60,000 nt of DNA from Lama guanicoe. Its lineage: Eukaryota. Below the pieces are notes generated by a model. It saw nothing but the letters and a program-made list of their open reading frames with translations. It was not told the DNA's origin and ran no database searches. Made by a program: the position numbers and the translations under genes. This document shows, in pieces, positions 1 through 11,748 of the stretch. Each line of letters begins with the position of its first letter. The stretch's first letter is position 1. Where the stretch lies: contig MU053431.1 of the NCBI GenBank assembly GCA_013239625.1, positions 1,826,485 to 1,886,484 on the forward strand, written 5' to 3'.

Positions 1-2498
1 CGGGGTCAGATCTGGAACTTTTGCCTTCCGCTCCACAACAGTCAAGACTTTCCCTTGGGTCCATCGTGATTCTAACCTGGTAACGCTAACCAGCAGCATT
101 TCAATGTTATGATGACAGAAGCATTATTTTTTGAGAAGCCCAGGGTTGTGTCTGGGCTCCAGGGGAGGGGACGTGATTCCACCATGACCCCCCCATGAGG
201 TGCCAGCGCCCGCACTCCCTCTGGGTGTCACGTTTGCCTGTGTGTCCCGAGTGGTCTCCTTCCCATGAGCTGACGGGCCCAGGGGAGCCCGAGCCCCACA
301 GTGCCTTGTCCTCAGGCTCAGAGGAGACGCGGGCTGGCCGGGGCTCTGACCCAGCACCGCTTTCCTCGTGAAAGCTGCTGATCCGAGGCAGCCGTCTCGC
401 TGGCTGTGAGTGTCTACGGGCCAAACCCGTTCCTCTCCCTCAGCTCTGGGGTGTTCTCCTCGCCCCAGGCTCTGAGATGTCACCGGGGAGCCCTCTGGTG
501 TCAGTCCTGGCGGTGCACGTGAGCCCAGTGCCGAGTTCTTCGTCTCCTTTTCTCATGTCCATATCTGAGCCCCGGTCTGTATGCACCTGGGGCACGTGCT
601 GACGACCCTCAGAGCCCACGTCTTCCCTCCTGCCGAGGCCCCCATGCCACGGAGTCTGGCTCCAGGGGAGGGCAGGGCAGAGGGGACTTTAATTCAGAAC
701 GACTTTTCTTGCCTGTGAAAAGACTTGCTCCTTTCTCACAAAGGCAACGACAGCCAGTCTCCACGTTGACCCAAAGAATCGTTTCCTTCTGTCCCTCGTG
801 CGCAAGGAAGCAGAGCTGGCCTTCGGAAGCTGGATTAATGGGGGCAGATTCCATCTTTTTAAATAAATTCAGCCCTGGTGAGTCCCGCTGAAACCGACTT
901 GAGAGCCAGAATGATTGGTAACCCAGGCGCATTTCCAGACTGTCACATCAGCATCCTGCGGCGTTTCTGAGGTCGTCATTGTCCCAGGTCTCTAGGAGAT
1001 CCCAGGAGATGAGAATAACAGTGGGAAATGATGCATGACTCGCCATCAGACAGCCTGTAAAAGCCTCGTTAAAAAAAAACAGAACGGGGCATGGGGCAGG
1101 GGGCAGGGCAGGGCCCCTCTGGGACGGGCGGGCTGCTGGGAGTGGCAACCAGTCGTCCCGGGGACAGGGGTCTTCAAAGCCGACGTCAACAAAACTTCAG
1201 CCTCTCGAGATCGAGGGTCTGCTCCTTGCCCCTGCTTCCCCCCTCTCCAGAGCAGGGTCGCACCACACAGAGAAGCTAAGAATAAGGTTCACTGTCTGCA
1301 TTGTCCAAGGTCAAACCCCAGAGCTGTTTTCTTGCGGAGGGCAGGACATCCTGCCCATGGCAGGGCACCTTCCCACATCTCAAACCCCACTCTCCACTGC
1401 TCCCCTTGAAGGGCACTCCTGCAAAGGGGTCCACAGGCTCCCCGGGGCCGCAGAAGAGGGAGAGTCTGGTCCAGGGGCGGGGCCAAGGCGGGACCGCTCA
1501 AAGCAGCATCCAATCAAGGCCGCCAGCACCGCCATGCCACGCCCACCCGTGCAAAGCCTGGCCCCACACTTGGCAGAGCAGACCAGTTACCCAGCGTTCC
1601 CGTGCCTCGGCTTCCCCACCACAGAGGAGGTAGTTACAGCAACTGCTCGAGAGACCCCCACCCACTTCCTGACGGCTAAGTCCCCGCCGTCACAGCTGAC
1701 GCTGCCAGCTCACAGCCACCATCTGCCTCTGCACAAAGGTCCTTGCAGCAGGGCCTGGCTCTGATGACAAAGGTTTGGGACTGAGGGCTTGATGGCTACA
1801 CATCCCAGGACAGGCAGGAAACGTGAGGTCATCTCCCCCAAGAGACTGGGAAATGAAGAGGATAAAACGCAGCTCAGCCTGGCCCCGCCCCCCTGCCAGG
1901 CCACTGGAGGGGGCGTGGGAGGCGCATGCGCGGCATCTCCCTCCGCGGTCCCCACGCGGAGACGCCCGCCCCAGAGACTGGCTCGGCAGGGCTGAGGATG
2001 CGCACGTGTGCGCAGGGCCACGTGGGGAGAATCTGCTTTCCTGACAAGTCCCCGTGATGCTGAGGCTGCTGAGGGGCTGCCCCCGGAAGCCAGGGTCCGT
2101 CAGGACTTAACCCTCCTCCTCTCCTCGGCCCCTCCCACAGGCCTGAGGCCGTAAGGTGCACACATGGACAGCGTGGCTCTTTGTAGCACAGGTGCACAGA
2201 GTCCGTCCATCAAGGCAAGAGGTAATGGACCGACTGCTGTGCACCCTTCTTGGGGTCCCCCTGCACCCACAGAACCAGGGCTGGAGAGCCAGAGCCTGGG
2301 CTCCCCTGGACCACCACAGCCCAAGCCCCTCAGTCCCTCCGCACGTCCGAGTCAGCCCCCGGCAGTGACAGGACTACCCTACCCCTCGGGCACCCAGCTC
2401 ACCTCAGCGGGAGGCAGACAGGATGCCAGGGATTCGGCAGGGCCCACGTTTCAAGACAAATCAAGCTGTTGACCAGGCGGTGATTCGAGCAGAAGGAG

Positions 2499-2684
2499 TA
2501 GGATGGTCAGATTAAATGCAGGACGCCCGGTTAAACTTGAACTTCAAACAAACACTGAGTAGTTTTGGATAAAAGTATGTGCGATATTTGGGACGTACTT
2601 ATACTACAAAATCGTTCATTGTTTTTCTGAAACTCAAATTTAACGGAGCATCCTCTATTTTTACATCTTAAATCTGGCAACTCC
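2499..2684. mobile_element. MER53-like palindromic hAT MITE
   Basis: AT-rich ~185 bp island that folds back on itself (ttaaacttgaacttcaaacaaaca ... tgtttttctgaaactcaaatttaa), with termini taggatggtcaga / tctggcaactcc. Matches my recollection of the MER53 consensus. Confidence 0.8.
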
Positions 2685-3387
2685 CCCAAAGGAGCCAAAC
2701 CCCTCAAGGAGTCAGGGGTGGCCAGCCGCTGAGCCTGTCTCCCCGGGGCTCCCCACTTTCCCTGAGCCCTGCTTAGCCCTGTAGGTGATGTGATGGGGAC
2801 AGTAACGGCACCAGGACAGGTGCGGCCCACAGAGTCTCACCCAGTGGCAGGATCAACATCCCTAGGGTCACCACAGCTGTTCCTCATGTGCCCGGTCTGG
2901 TGAATCAGACTTTCTTTTCAAAACGCCGTGACTGGTCCCTTCGTGGTGGGCCAGCTCCCAAGGAACAGGAAACACTTCCCTTGGTTTCTGCCTGCAGCTT
3001 TCTGAGACAGGCGCCCCATTTAGGTCCAAACAGTGGGTGGAATGCGCCCCCTAGAGGTGTGATATGAGGGCTGCAGGCCGAGGAAGGCGCCAGATGGGAA
3101 ATCACCTTCCCGCCCGCCCCAGCCCTCAGCTGTCCTCCACGTCCAGGTGTCCAGGCGAGGCCCGAGGACAGGCCCCGGTTGAGCAGGTGGACGTGGGAGA
3201 GTGGGACCCAGAGCCGGCCTCCCAGCGCCAAAGGCGGCATCTCCCTCCCGAGTCAGTGATTCCCTCCCACGTCTTGACGTGTGCACTGGAGGGAAGCAGC
3301 CCGCAGGGCGGTGCCAGTCATGCAGGGGCGGAGTCCACCTCCGCCAGAGACTCAGTCAGAGGGAAAGACAGTGTGTCCAAGGGCAGA

Positions 3388-3495
3388 GGGACACATGGGG
3401 CAGTTGTACACATGGGGACGAAGGACACGCAGGGGCAGTTGTATATACAGGGATGGGGGACAGACTGGGACAGTTGTTTGTATATGCAGAGACAG
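3388..3495. repeat. Degenerate 35-bp tandem repeat, 3 copies
   Basis: CAGTTGT recurs at 3401, 3436 and 3471, each preceded by GGACA(C/G)...GGG. Confidence 0.65.
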
Positions 3496-4614
3496 GTCCT
3501 TCCACTGGACCTGATGCTCATGACCAAGAACCAAGTGTCCCCCCAGGTATGGGGAATACGTGCCCTCTGATGAGTGGTGGATACCACCTTCCAGAGATGG
3601 CATCTGTTCCCCAGGCAAGAAACTCCAGTTGGTCAGAACACAGACCTGATCTGGGGAATGATTCACACTGGCCCAACTCATACAAGACTGATGTATAAAC
3701 CAGAGGCTTACCCCTTTATTGACCATAAGAGAGATCCCTTTCCAGGGCCTAGGTGTTTCCTACCAGGGATCCAAGCCCCCATTCCTGGGATCAAGACACT
3801 TGGGAGGCCAAGTGCATCTTTTGAAGATTTGGGCAACACAGATTGGGGTGGTTAATCCACCCCAGTTACTAAGGGAGTGCCTAGGTCAGTGTTTGGTCAG
3901 TTCACCAACAAACAGCCCTGTCAAGCTGCTGGGTGCTGGGCCCTGCTGTGTGCTGGGTGGGGTCAATGCTGCAAAAGCAGACCAGCTCTGGCCCCCTGGA
4001 GCCGACTGATGGCCTGGCAGGGAAGGTGGACATTGAATGAGTGGTCACCAGTGACTTGGGACAATAAGTAGGTGATGTGGGTGCCATAAAGCACTTGACT
4101 GTTGGGGACCAAATGGACCCTCTTGTCCAAGAGTCAGAGGAGCCCCTGGGGTGGTGATCATAGACCCAAGAGCTGAGATCTGGGCAGGGGAGACACAGGC
4201 AAAGGTAGGGGCAGGTATCTGTGGCCCCGGGGGCTGGAGGGTGCTTGCGAGAGGAAGTCCAGGTGAGGGCACGTGGGGCCCAGAACAGGCCAGGCCTGGT
4301 GGGCTGGGGGGCGGGGTCACAGGCAGGTGGCTTCTGGAGGTCAGTTGCTGGCCCTGTCCCCGACTGTGGACCACGGCAAGGTTGCTTAGAAGGAGACTTT
4401 GTAGCATGTATGGGGCTGTAGTGGCAAAGTGGTTAATTCGTGACAAGAGCATAGCACAGAGCCCAGGTTTCTGCCCAGCCTGGGTCTCAGTGTGGGCCAG
4501 GGGACACCTGGGGTTCCGCCCTCCACAGGTCTCCTCTCCCCAGAGCCCTTCCCCTGGCCTTTCGCCTCCTTCTTTTACGAATGAGGAATACACCATCTTT
4601 TCTCAAGAAGCAGA

Positions 4615-4700
4615 CAATCTCACAATGTATGTGAATATCAAACCATTATGCTGTGCACCTGAAGTTAACAGAATGTTATAGGTTATAGCTCATAAAAAGT
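4615..4700 (+). mobile_element. Old L1 3'-end fragment
   Basis: cacaatgtatgtgaatatcaaaccattatgctgtgcacctgaagttaacagaatgttat...cataaaaag resembles the L1M 3' UTR terminus. Confidence 0.65.
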
Positions 4701-6299
4701 AATTAGATTTATGATTTCTCAATGATTGCAAATAATATATCGCATGTTAGATTTTTTCATTTAAGTTTTTGAATAGGCGGCTCACTTCCTGTAGGTCAAA
4801 AACCCTTGTGTACAAAAGGACACATGGGGAAAGGTCTCTCCACACCCCTCCCCCATCTGCCACTACTGTTGTCTCTTACCTCCGGAGACAGAGAGAGGTA
4901 CATGATAGTTTGATTGCAAAGTTTTTGTTGTTTTTTTTTTAATACAAGGCACTTTAAGCTCTTTATTCATTATCTGTCAATTCTTATTTCCCTCTCCCGG
5001 GGCCTGCTCCCTCCTCACCACACACGTGTGCACACACACTTGCACATGCGCACACACTCACCCCTCCCCCACCACGCACATCATGCCGACTTCTCTCCCC
5101 AGGAGCCTCTCTGGGCGCTTCCTCACTCAGCCCACAGGGTGTGCCCACCTAGCCCCTCCCTCATTTTACACGGGAAGGGCAGTGAAGCCACCAGGTCTGC
5201 TACGCACCCAGCATCTCACACACACGGGCCAGAGGGATTTGGCCATGACACTTGTCCCATTACTCTCCTTGCTCTATGCAGGTGGGATCTGGCTCCGAGC
5301 ACCCGCTGTCAGATGGAGTGGAAACTCAACGTCTTTTCTACTGGGAGAGGGGCTGCCCATCCCCCACCCCTCCCAGGCCCTGAGCTCTAGGTGCCCAGAA
5401 CATCCAGGGAAGCCCCGGGTCTTAGCCTGCCCCTGCCAATGCGTGTCCAGGCCTTCGAGGACCCAGAGTGGGTCGGGGAGTGGTGTCTGAGCCACTGGGT
5501 GGTGCACTGAGATCAGGAGCAGGGTCTCAGAGTCAGCACCCTCCTCCACTGGCACCAATTCATCCAACCTGTCTGTCTGCATCAAGTCTGACTGCTAGAT
5601 ACACATTCCAGGATATGCCTGTAAGGGAAGGAACCCTGTCTCTGCAGACCACAGCCCCGGGCTGAACCGCTGCAGGCGCAGCAGCCACCAGAGAGGACTG
5701 AGACTCGGCCTAGCCTCCACGCCTCCCGGCAAGGGGCATAAACAGGGACACGTGACCCCGGGCTGGGTGGAGGAGGCTGAGTGCAGTGAGAGAGGCACAA
5801 AGAGGGGACAAAACTGCCCTGTGGGGCTTGGCAGGGGGGCTTCCTGGGGGACGAGGCTCTCCAGATTGGAGAAGGCAGGGCTGGGGTGGAGGATGAGAAG
5901 GCGAACCTGGTGGAGCAGCAGGGACCATGAGGTGCCTGAGGGGTGGGGGCGCCGTCAGTTAGCAGGTACTGTGTGACGGAGCTTGTGTTAAGTGGCTTTG
6001 GGCCATGCTTGTTTCCGGCCTGAGGCGAGCCCCTCTTGTGGGTCCGAGAGAGGAAAGGCGCACAGCCCAGCCGGAATCACAACGTCCAGCCACATCGTGG
6101 CTCACATGACGTCTGGTGGCCCTGGGCCGCTGTGGAATCCGCTCTGGGCCATGCCTCCTCGCTTTGTGGGGACCCGCATCGCCAGCAGCCCCCTTCACAG
6201 ACAGGAAGCTCTGGGTCCACCGAGCCGCCCCAGGGGGTGAGGCTGGCAGGAGGCTGCACGGCCAAGGGGCATCGCTCACCAGTGTGGGTCCAAAGGTTT

Positions 6300-7460
6300 G
6301 CTGTATGAAGCCGGGGAAACCCAGCCCCGGTAGCACCCCCGGGAAAGGTCCCACTGCACGGAGGCGGAAACTGCGGCCTGAAGAGGCGCAGCGCCTTGCC
6401 CGGCTCGCACAGCTGGCAGGTCGCAGAGCCGGAAGGAGAGCCGGAAGCCCGACGGGAGAGTCTACGGCCGGCGGGAGGCGAAGATCGCTCCGGGAGTTGG
6501 GCATCCGCCCGGGAACCGGGCGGGCGTGGTCTGGCGGGAAGGGGCGGGGATAGGGCGTGGTGGGGCGAAACCTGAGGCCTTGATTGGGCGCCGCTTTGAG
6601 CTCATCGGGTCCCTCCCCCAGGCTGGCTGCCCCGCCTTGGCCCCGCCCCCGGGCCAGACTCCGCCCAGGCGCGACCCGGGTTGGCACCCCAGGGCCCACC
6701 TACCGGTCACCCTGGAGGCCCGCAGGCTGGGCGGCTGGGCCAGAACGGTCAGCCCCGAGCCAGGGGTCAGCCTCGAGCAATTGAAGCCCTTGGAGCCCAC
6801 ACTCGCAGGCATTGTCAGTTGCCCGTTCTTTTTCTTCTTAGCTGCTTTATTGAGGTGTAACTTGCAATTCTGCCATTTAAAGCGTACAGTTCAGCGGGGT
6901 TTACCCAGAGCTGCGCAGCCGTCGCCACAATCTAATTTAGGGCATTTCCATCCCCTCCCCAAGCCCACTCTTTCCGGTCATCCGCGGGCTTTGACGGCGC
7001 TGCGCTGCGGGACCGGGCCGCCAGGGGGCGCTGCGACCCAGCCTTCAGCTGCGCTTGCGCCGGCACCCCGCGCGAGCCTGAGAGCGAGCCCCCCGAGCGC
7101 GCGCGCCCGCCCTGCCAGTGCGCCTGCGTGGAGCCCGTGGCCGCGCCCGCTCCCGCCGGGGGCTCGTCGCTGGGCGGCCGGGCCATGGGGGAGGCCGAGG
7201 TGGGCGGCGGCGGCGCGGCGGGCGACAAGGGGCCGGGGGAGGCGGCCACCAGCCCGGCCGAGGAGACGGTGGTGTGGAGCCCCGAGGTGGAGGTGTGCCT
7301 CTTCCACGCCATGCTGGGCCACAAGCCCGTCGGCCAGCGGAGCGCCGCGCCGAGGCCGCGCACCCGCGTGGGGGCGGGGCGGCCGGCAACGGCCGGGGGC
7401 GCGCGGGCCGGGCGGGGCGGGGCCACCTGCGCCCGCTCCCCGCCGACCCCTGCTCCCACC
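6300..7460. promoter_or_regulatory. CpG-island promoter of MRGBP, possibly bidirectional
   Basis: Dense CpG, GC boxes, tandem CCGGAAG (6429, 6441), ATTGG (6583) and a CTCF-like motif (7015-7033). Spans MRGBP exon 1. Confidence 0.85.
6830..6970 (-). mobile_element. L1MB/MC-like 3'-end fragment inside the CpG island
   Basis: ctttattgaggtgtaac...ccatttaaagcgtacagttcag...gcagccgtcgccacaatctaatttag is the reverse complement of the typical L1M 3' terminus. Confidence 0.7.
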
Positions 7461-10400
7461 NNNNNNNNNNNNNNCCCCCTCCAACCACAGCGCCCTCTCT
7501 CCCGCTCCCTCTCTCCCTTCTGTCGCCCTTCTCTCCCTTGCCCCCCACCCTACCTGCTGGCCCAGCCCTCGCCCACAAGCTGACCCCTTCCTTTTGCAGG
7601 TGTGAACCGACACTTCCACATGATCTGTATCCGAGACAAGTTCAGCCAGAACATCGGTCGACAGGTCCCATCCAAGGTCATCTGGGACCATCTGAGCACC
7701 ATGTACGACATGCAGGCGCTGGTGAGTTGGATCCCCCCTCCCCAATCCTCCCGAGGCCAGAGCTTCTCCCTCCCCCAGACAGAGCCCCCTCCATGCCTCC
7801 TTTTTAGGTCTGTGCCAGGCCCTGTCCTCGGGGAGGGTGATGTCTGGGGTGTCCCTAGGGAGGTTAGTCATTAAACAAGGTAGCTCTGAGTAGTTTTACA
7901 GAAAACACAAGCCTGGTGCTGGTAGGTGAGTATCACATGGACCCTACTTGAGACTGGGTGGCCAGTTAGTTAAGATCTAGCTGGGTTTAGTCGGGGAGCT
8001 GAGGCCTGTGGGAGGGGGCTCTTAGGCCATTGTCAGTCTTATGGGAGGTTCCCACATGCTGTAAGCAGGAAGGTGACCAGATCTGAGTCACGTTAAGGTG
8101 AATATGATGGCTTCTGTGAGAACCAGACATCCCAGGCTTCACGGAATCCCCAGCTAGCCGTGTCTGAGGACGAGCAGGTTAACTTGGTCACCAGGATGGC
8201 CTGAAGAGACAAGCGGGCACCCCTGGCAGAACAGCAGGTGTCAAGGCCCTGTGGCAGCAGGCGCTGGGGTGCAGAGGAGACCAGAGTGTCTGGAGAGTGC
8301 GTGGGAGTGGGGGTGTCAGGTGACCAGCAAGTCTGTGCTGGGCTTAGGGAAGCTCCTGCCTCCCTGCTGGACTGGGGGCTCCACCAGCACCCCCAGCCAA
8401 GACCTGGTGCGTATCACTGTGGCAGGGAGTGAAGCCCTAGCTCTCCTCCATCCAGTCTTTTGCAGCTCCTTGTCATAGCATAGAAAAGGTATAAAGATGA
8501 CAGCTGTGCCCTGGAGCTGACTGCCTGGTCCCCAGTCAGCACCCTGGCAACTCAAGGACAAGCCACTTAACTAAAGCAGGCCTCCAGAGGGGTTGTGCCC
8601 ACCAGTCAGGCCTCCCTCCACGTCTAGCTGCTTGACTGGCTCCCACGCCTGTCATGTTGTGGGCTCACCTGGTCCCCAAGCACTTCGTGTGTGTAGACTC
8701 CAGGTTGGGAGTCAGAAGCTGGATACAGAGATGAGTGTCGCAGGGGCCTGTCCTGGGGGAGCCCCTGGTGCAATAGGAGAGACAGACAGACAACACGGAG
8801 GCTGGCTCAGAGGAGCCCGGGGGCCTGCACAGGACCCTTGTGACACTCAGGGAGCTGCAGGGTGCCCCCTTTGCAGGGGTATCAGCCCAGGAAAAGCGGC
8901 CCTTCCTTCTTTTCCTTAGACCCCTGCACTGCTGCGGGGCTGATGCCAGAGTCACCTGGGGTTTTGCAAATACAAGTCCCTGGGCCCTACCCACAAGGTG
9001 ACCAGTGGGCCCACGAGCTCTCAGGGTTTTTGAAGCTCCCAGATGTTGGTCAGCATGTTTACACGCTGACCACCTGGCTTATAAACGCAGCTCCCAGGTA
9101 GCCAACTGGAAGCCCCATCTTCGGAATCTCCCTCCCAACTCCGGGACCCTTCCCACCAGGTCACCTTTCCCTTTGTCCAGTGTTCGGATTTCTGGGGCTG
9201 TGTCCCCTGCATGTGTGACCTGCAGGACCGGTGGAACCCCCCCGACAGGCGTTCAGTGTGCCTTCCTCCATTTTGCTTTGCTTATCTCGTTTCCACGGGA
9301 GTGGCTCTCCCTCCCGACACCCTGGCTCCTGTCCTTGCAGACAGGACCAGAGGCACCGTGGCCTTCCCTCAGGGCTGTCCCAGTCTCCGAATGCACTCTC
9401 CTGGAGCCAGAGCCCACGTGGCCAGGCGGGCCAGCAAGACAGCTGCTGCCTGATTCTGCCCCTGGGGGCGGGGCCAGCAGGTGGGGCTGCCCAGTGTCAC
9501 CTCAGGTGACACGAAGCCCATCTTCTCCCCTCATGACCCTTGCCTGTGGCTCGTGCTGTGGTTTTGCCTTGTCTGGTCTGTGTGACAAACCCAGCCCCTC
9601 GTAGACCTTACCAGAGAAAAAGCAGACAGTCTCCCCCACCCCCAGCACGTACCTGCCCCTGCAGCCCCTGAGACACTCACCTGTGTCGCTGGGTGCTTCT
9701 GAGTTGGCTCTTACACATCTTGAGTGACTTGCTAAAATCACTTCTTCTTTGTTCCCTAAAAAACAAAATGCCCTGTTTGCCATCAGCACGAGTCTGAGAT
9801 TCTTCCATTCCCAAATCCAGAGAGGAACTTTGTCCTTCCAGAAGAAATCATCCAAGAAGTCCGAGAAGGTGAGATTGGGCGAGGTCAGATTTGGGAGCTG
9901 GGTGAGGCCGAGGGCAGTGGTGCTGGGGGTGGTAAGGGTCACTGGCTGGGTGGTGCTGGGTCCTCGGACTGGGAGGCCTGGGGAGCTTCTGGGATTCGGG
10001 AGGACTTGTTCGAGAACAGTTGGCCTTCTTTTAAAAGCGTCCTGGTGGCAGCTGAGACCCGTACACGCCCCCCAAGTCGGGAGCAGTCCCTGGCCTGAGC
10101 CACCACGGGCCGGGCGGGGCCGCTTTCCCACCACCGCGGGCTTTAGGTCACAGCCGTCTCCCCCACAGGAAAAGTGATCATTGAGGAGGAAATGAAAGAA
10201 GAAATGAAGGAAGACGTGGACCCCCACAACGGGGCCGATGATGGTAAGTGCGGAGCGCTCCCCTCCCTGGGGCCCCGGGAGGCACAGCACCCCACCTGGC
10301 AAGGCCTTCCCGCGGGGCACAGCCACACGCCCGTGCACACGCAGCCAGGGCCCCCCGTCTGGCTCAGCAGATGAGAAGGCAGCTTCCGTCTGCAGAGCCT

Positions 10401-10921
10401 CACGCGGGGAAGTCACGCACGTGGCCAGCAGGTGGAGGGACCAGGGCGGCCCTGGGCCGGGGGCCTGGGAGGTGGACGTGCAGTGAAGGGTGAAGGGAAC
10501 GCCGCGTCTCGGCGCAGGTGAGCTCTGGAGAGCAGACGGCGAGGCTGGGCCTCGTTCCTCTCGGGGGTAGGCGCGTTGGCGGCCAATCCTTCAGGCCACA
10601 CGGGCGCCCTCAGCTCAGGAGAAGCCTTTTGGGGTCAGTGTCATGTGTGTAGGTGCCGATTTTTTTAACCGAACAGGAAGATGAAATAAAATTTTGGATA
10701 TTCTGTTTTCAGCCAAATGATTTTGTCTCCCAGTTTTTTCATCTTCAGGAAGCTTGGGGAAAGCAACAGAAAAGTCCAGCAAAGACAAAGACAAGAACAA
10801 CTCAGACTTGGGGTCCAAAGAGGGGTCGGACAAGCGGAAGCGCAGCCGGGTCACCGACAAAGTCCTGACCGCCAACAGCAACCCCTCCAGCCCCAGCGCA
10901 GCCAAGCGGCGCCGGACGTAG
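7185..10921 (+). CDS. MRGBP: MRG domain-binding protein (NuA4/TIP60 subunit, Eaf7 family), 204 aa
   Basis: Exons 7185-7332, 7600-7721, 9787-9868, 10169-10243, 10734-10921 total 615 nt in an open frame: [10 protein letters not shown]...[34 protein letters not shown]...[10 protein letters not shown]. All junctions are GT-AG except the intron 1 donor (GC). Confidence 0.97.
7461..7474. other. Assembly gap (14 N) in MRGBP intron 1
   Basis: Run of n characters in a very GC-rich segment. Confidence 1.
7960..8130. mobile_element. Degraded L2 fragment
   Basis: taagcaggaaggtgaccagatctgagtcacgttaagg...tggcttctgtgagaa resembles L2 sequence as I recall it. Confidence 0.45.
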
Positions 10922-11246
10922 ACGCTCGCAGCGGGCGGCAGGGGAGGGCGGGTGGGCACCCTGGTCACCAGCGGTCAGTGGGGCCATGTGCCACCAGCCC
11001 TGCTGCCTGCCCTCGGGTGCCAGAGGCCCCCGTGGTGCCGTTCAGACTATCTGGGCTCGGAGGCCCCAGCGACCGGGATGGGCCTGCTCAGATGCCCGGA
11101 GCCAAGGGGGTGAGCCCGGGCCATGTCTTCTCTGGACACATGTGGCTCCTGTGACATCGGCTTGGCCATGCCTGTGCCCACACACTGGCACAGCCTGAGG
11201 ACCAGGCACAGTGCAGGCAGGGAGACAGAGACCTGGCACAGCAAGC

Positions 11247-11252
11247 AATAAA
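11247..11252 (+). terminator. Proximal poly(A) signal of MRGBP
   Basis: AATAAA about 325 nt after the stop codon. Confidence 0.5.
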
Positions 11253-11742
11253 ACATCGACCTCCCCCTGCTCTGAGGGGCACTGGCCTTCCCGTCTGTCC
11301 ATATGTCCGCGACGCTCTCTCAACTGACTGTGACCTCGGGAGAGCATCAGGCCGCAGGCCACGGCCCCTCCACCACCCAAGAGACTGAGAACTGGATATT
11401 TTGCCTCATTCACTTGTACTGTAACGATGTATATAATTTGGTTGGTATTTCACTATTTAATTTTTAAGGAGCCTATTTTACTAGTGTTTTATATGAAAAA
11501 AATACTGCAAAAGTTAAACTCGTGTTGTATTTTTTCTGAGCTGTTTTGTTTTAATGTAACGACTACTGAGATCCTTTCTGCTCAGTTTTTATACGCCAGA
11601 TACAGAGAATTTGTAGCGGTTATTTTTGTATTAACGAGTAACTTGCAAACAGACCAAATGAGTGGAGGGCTGGCAGGACGGTGGGGCTGTCGCAGTCCGG
11701 GCCGGGAGTTGACTGAAATCCGCTTTTGTTTGACTGAGGGAT

Positions 11743-11748
11743 ATTAAA
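11743..11748 (+). terminator. Distal poly(A) signal of MRGBP
   Basis: ATTAAA at the end of an AU-rich UTR block, followed by GT/T-rich sequence (gttgtgtgattttg). Confidence 0.6.

Noticed and set aside
3064..4681. Overlapping 90-183 aa ORFs as a novel gene
   Set aside because: No recognisable domain or exon structure, several start at non-ATG codons, and one ends inside an L1 relic.
5959..7871. Long ORFs (246, 359, 297 aa) over the MRGBP promoter
   Set aside because: Stop-poor CpG-island frames, Pro/Arg/Gly-rich, some crossing the N gap.
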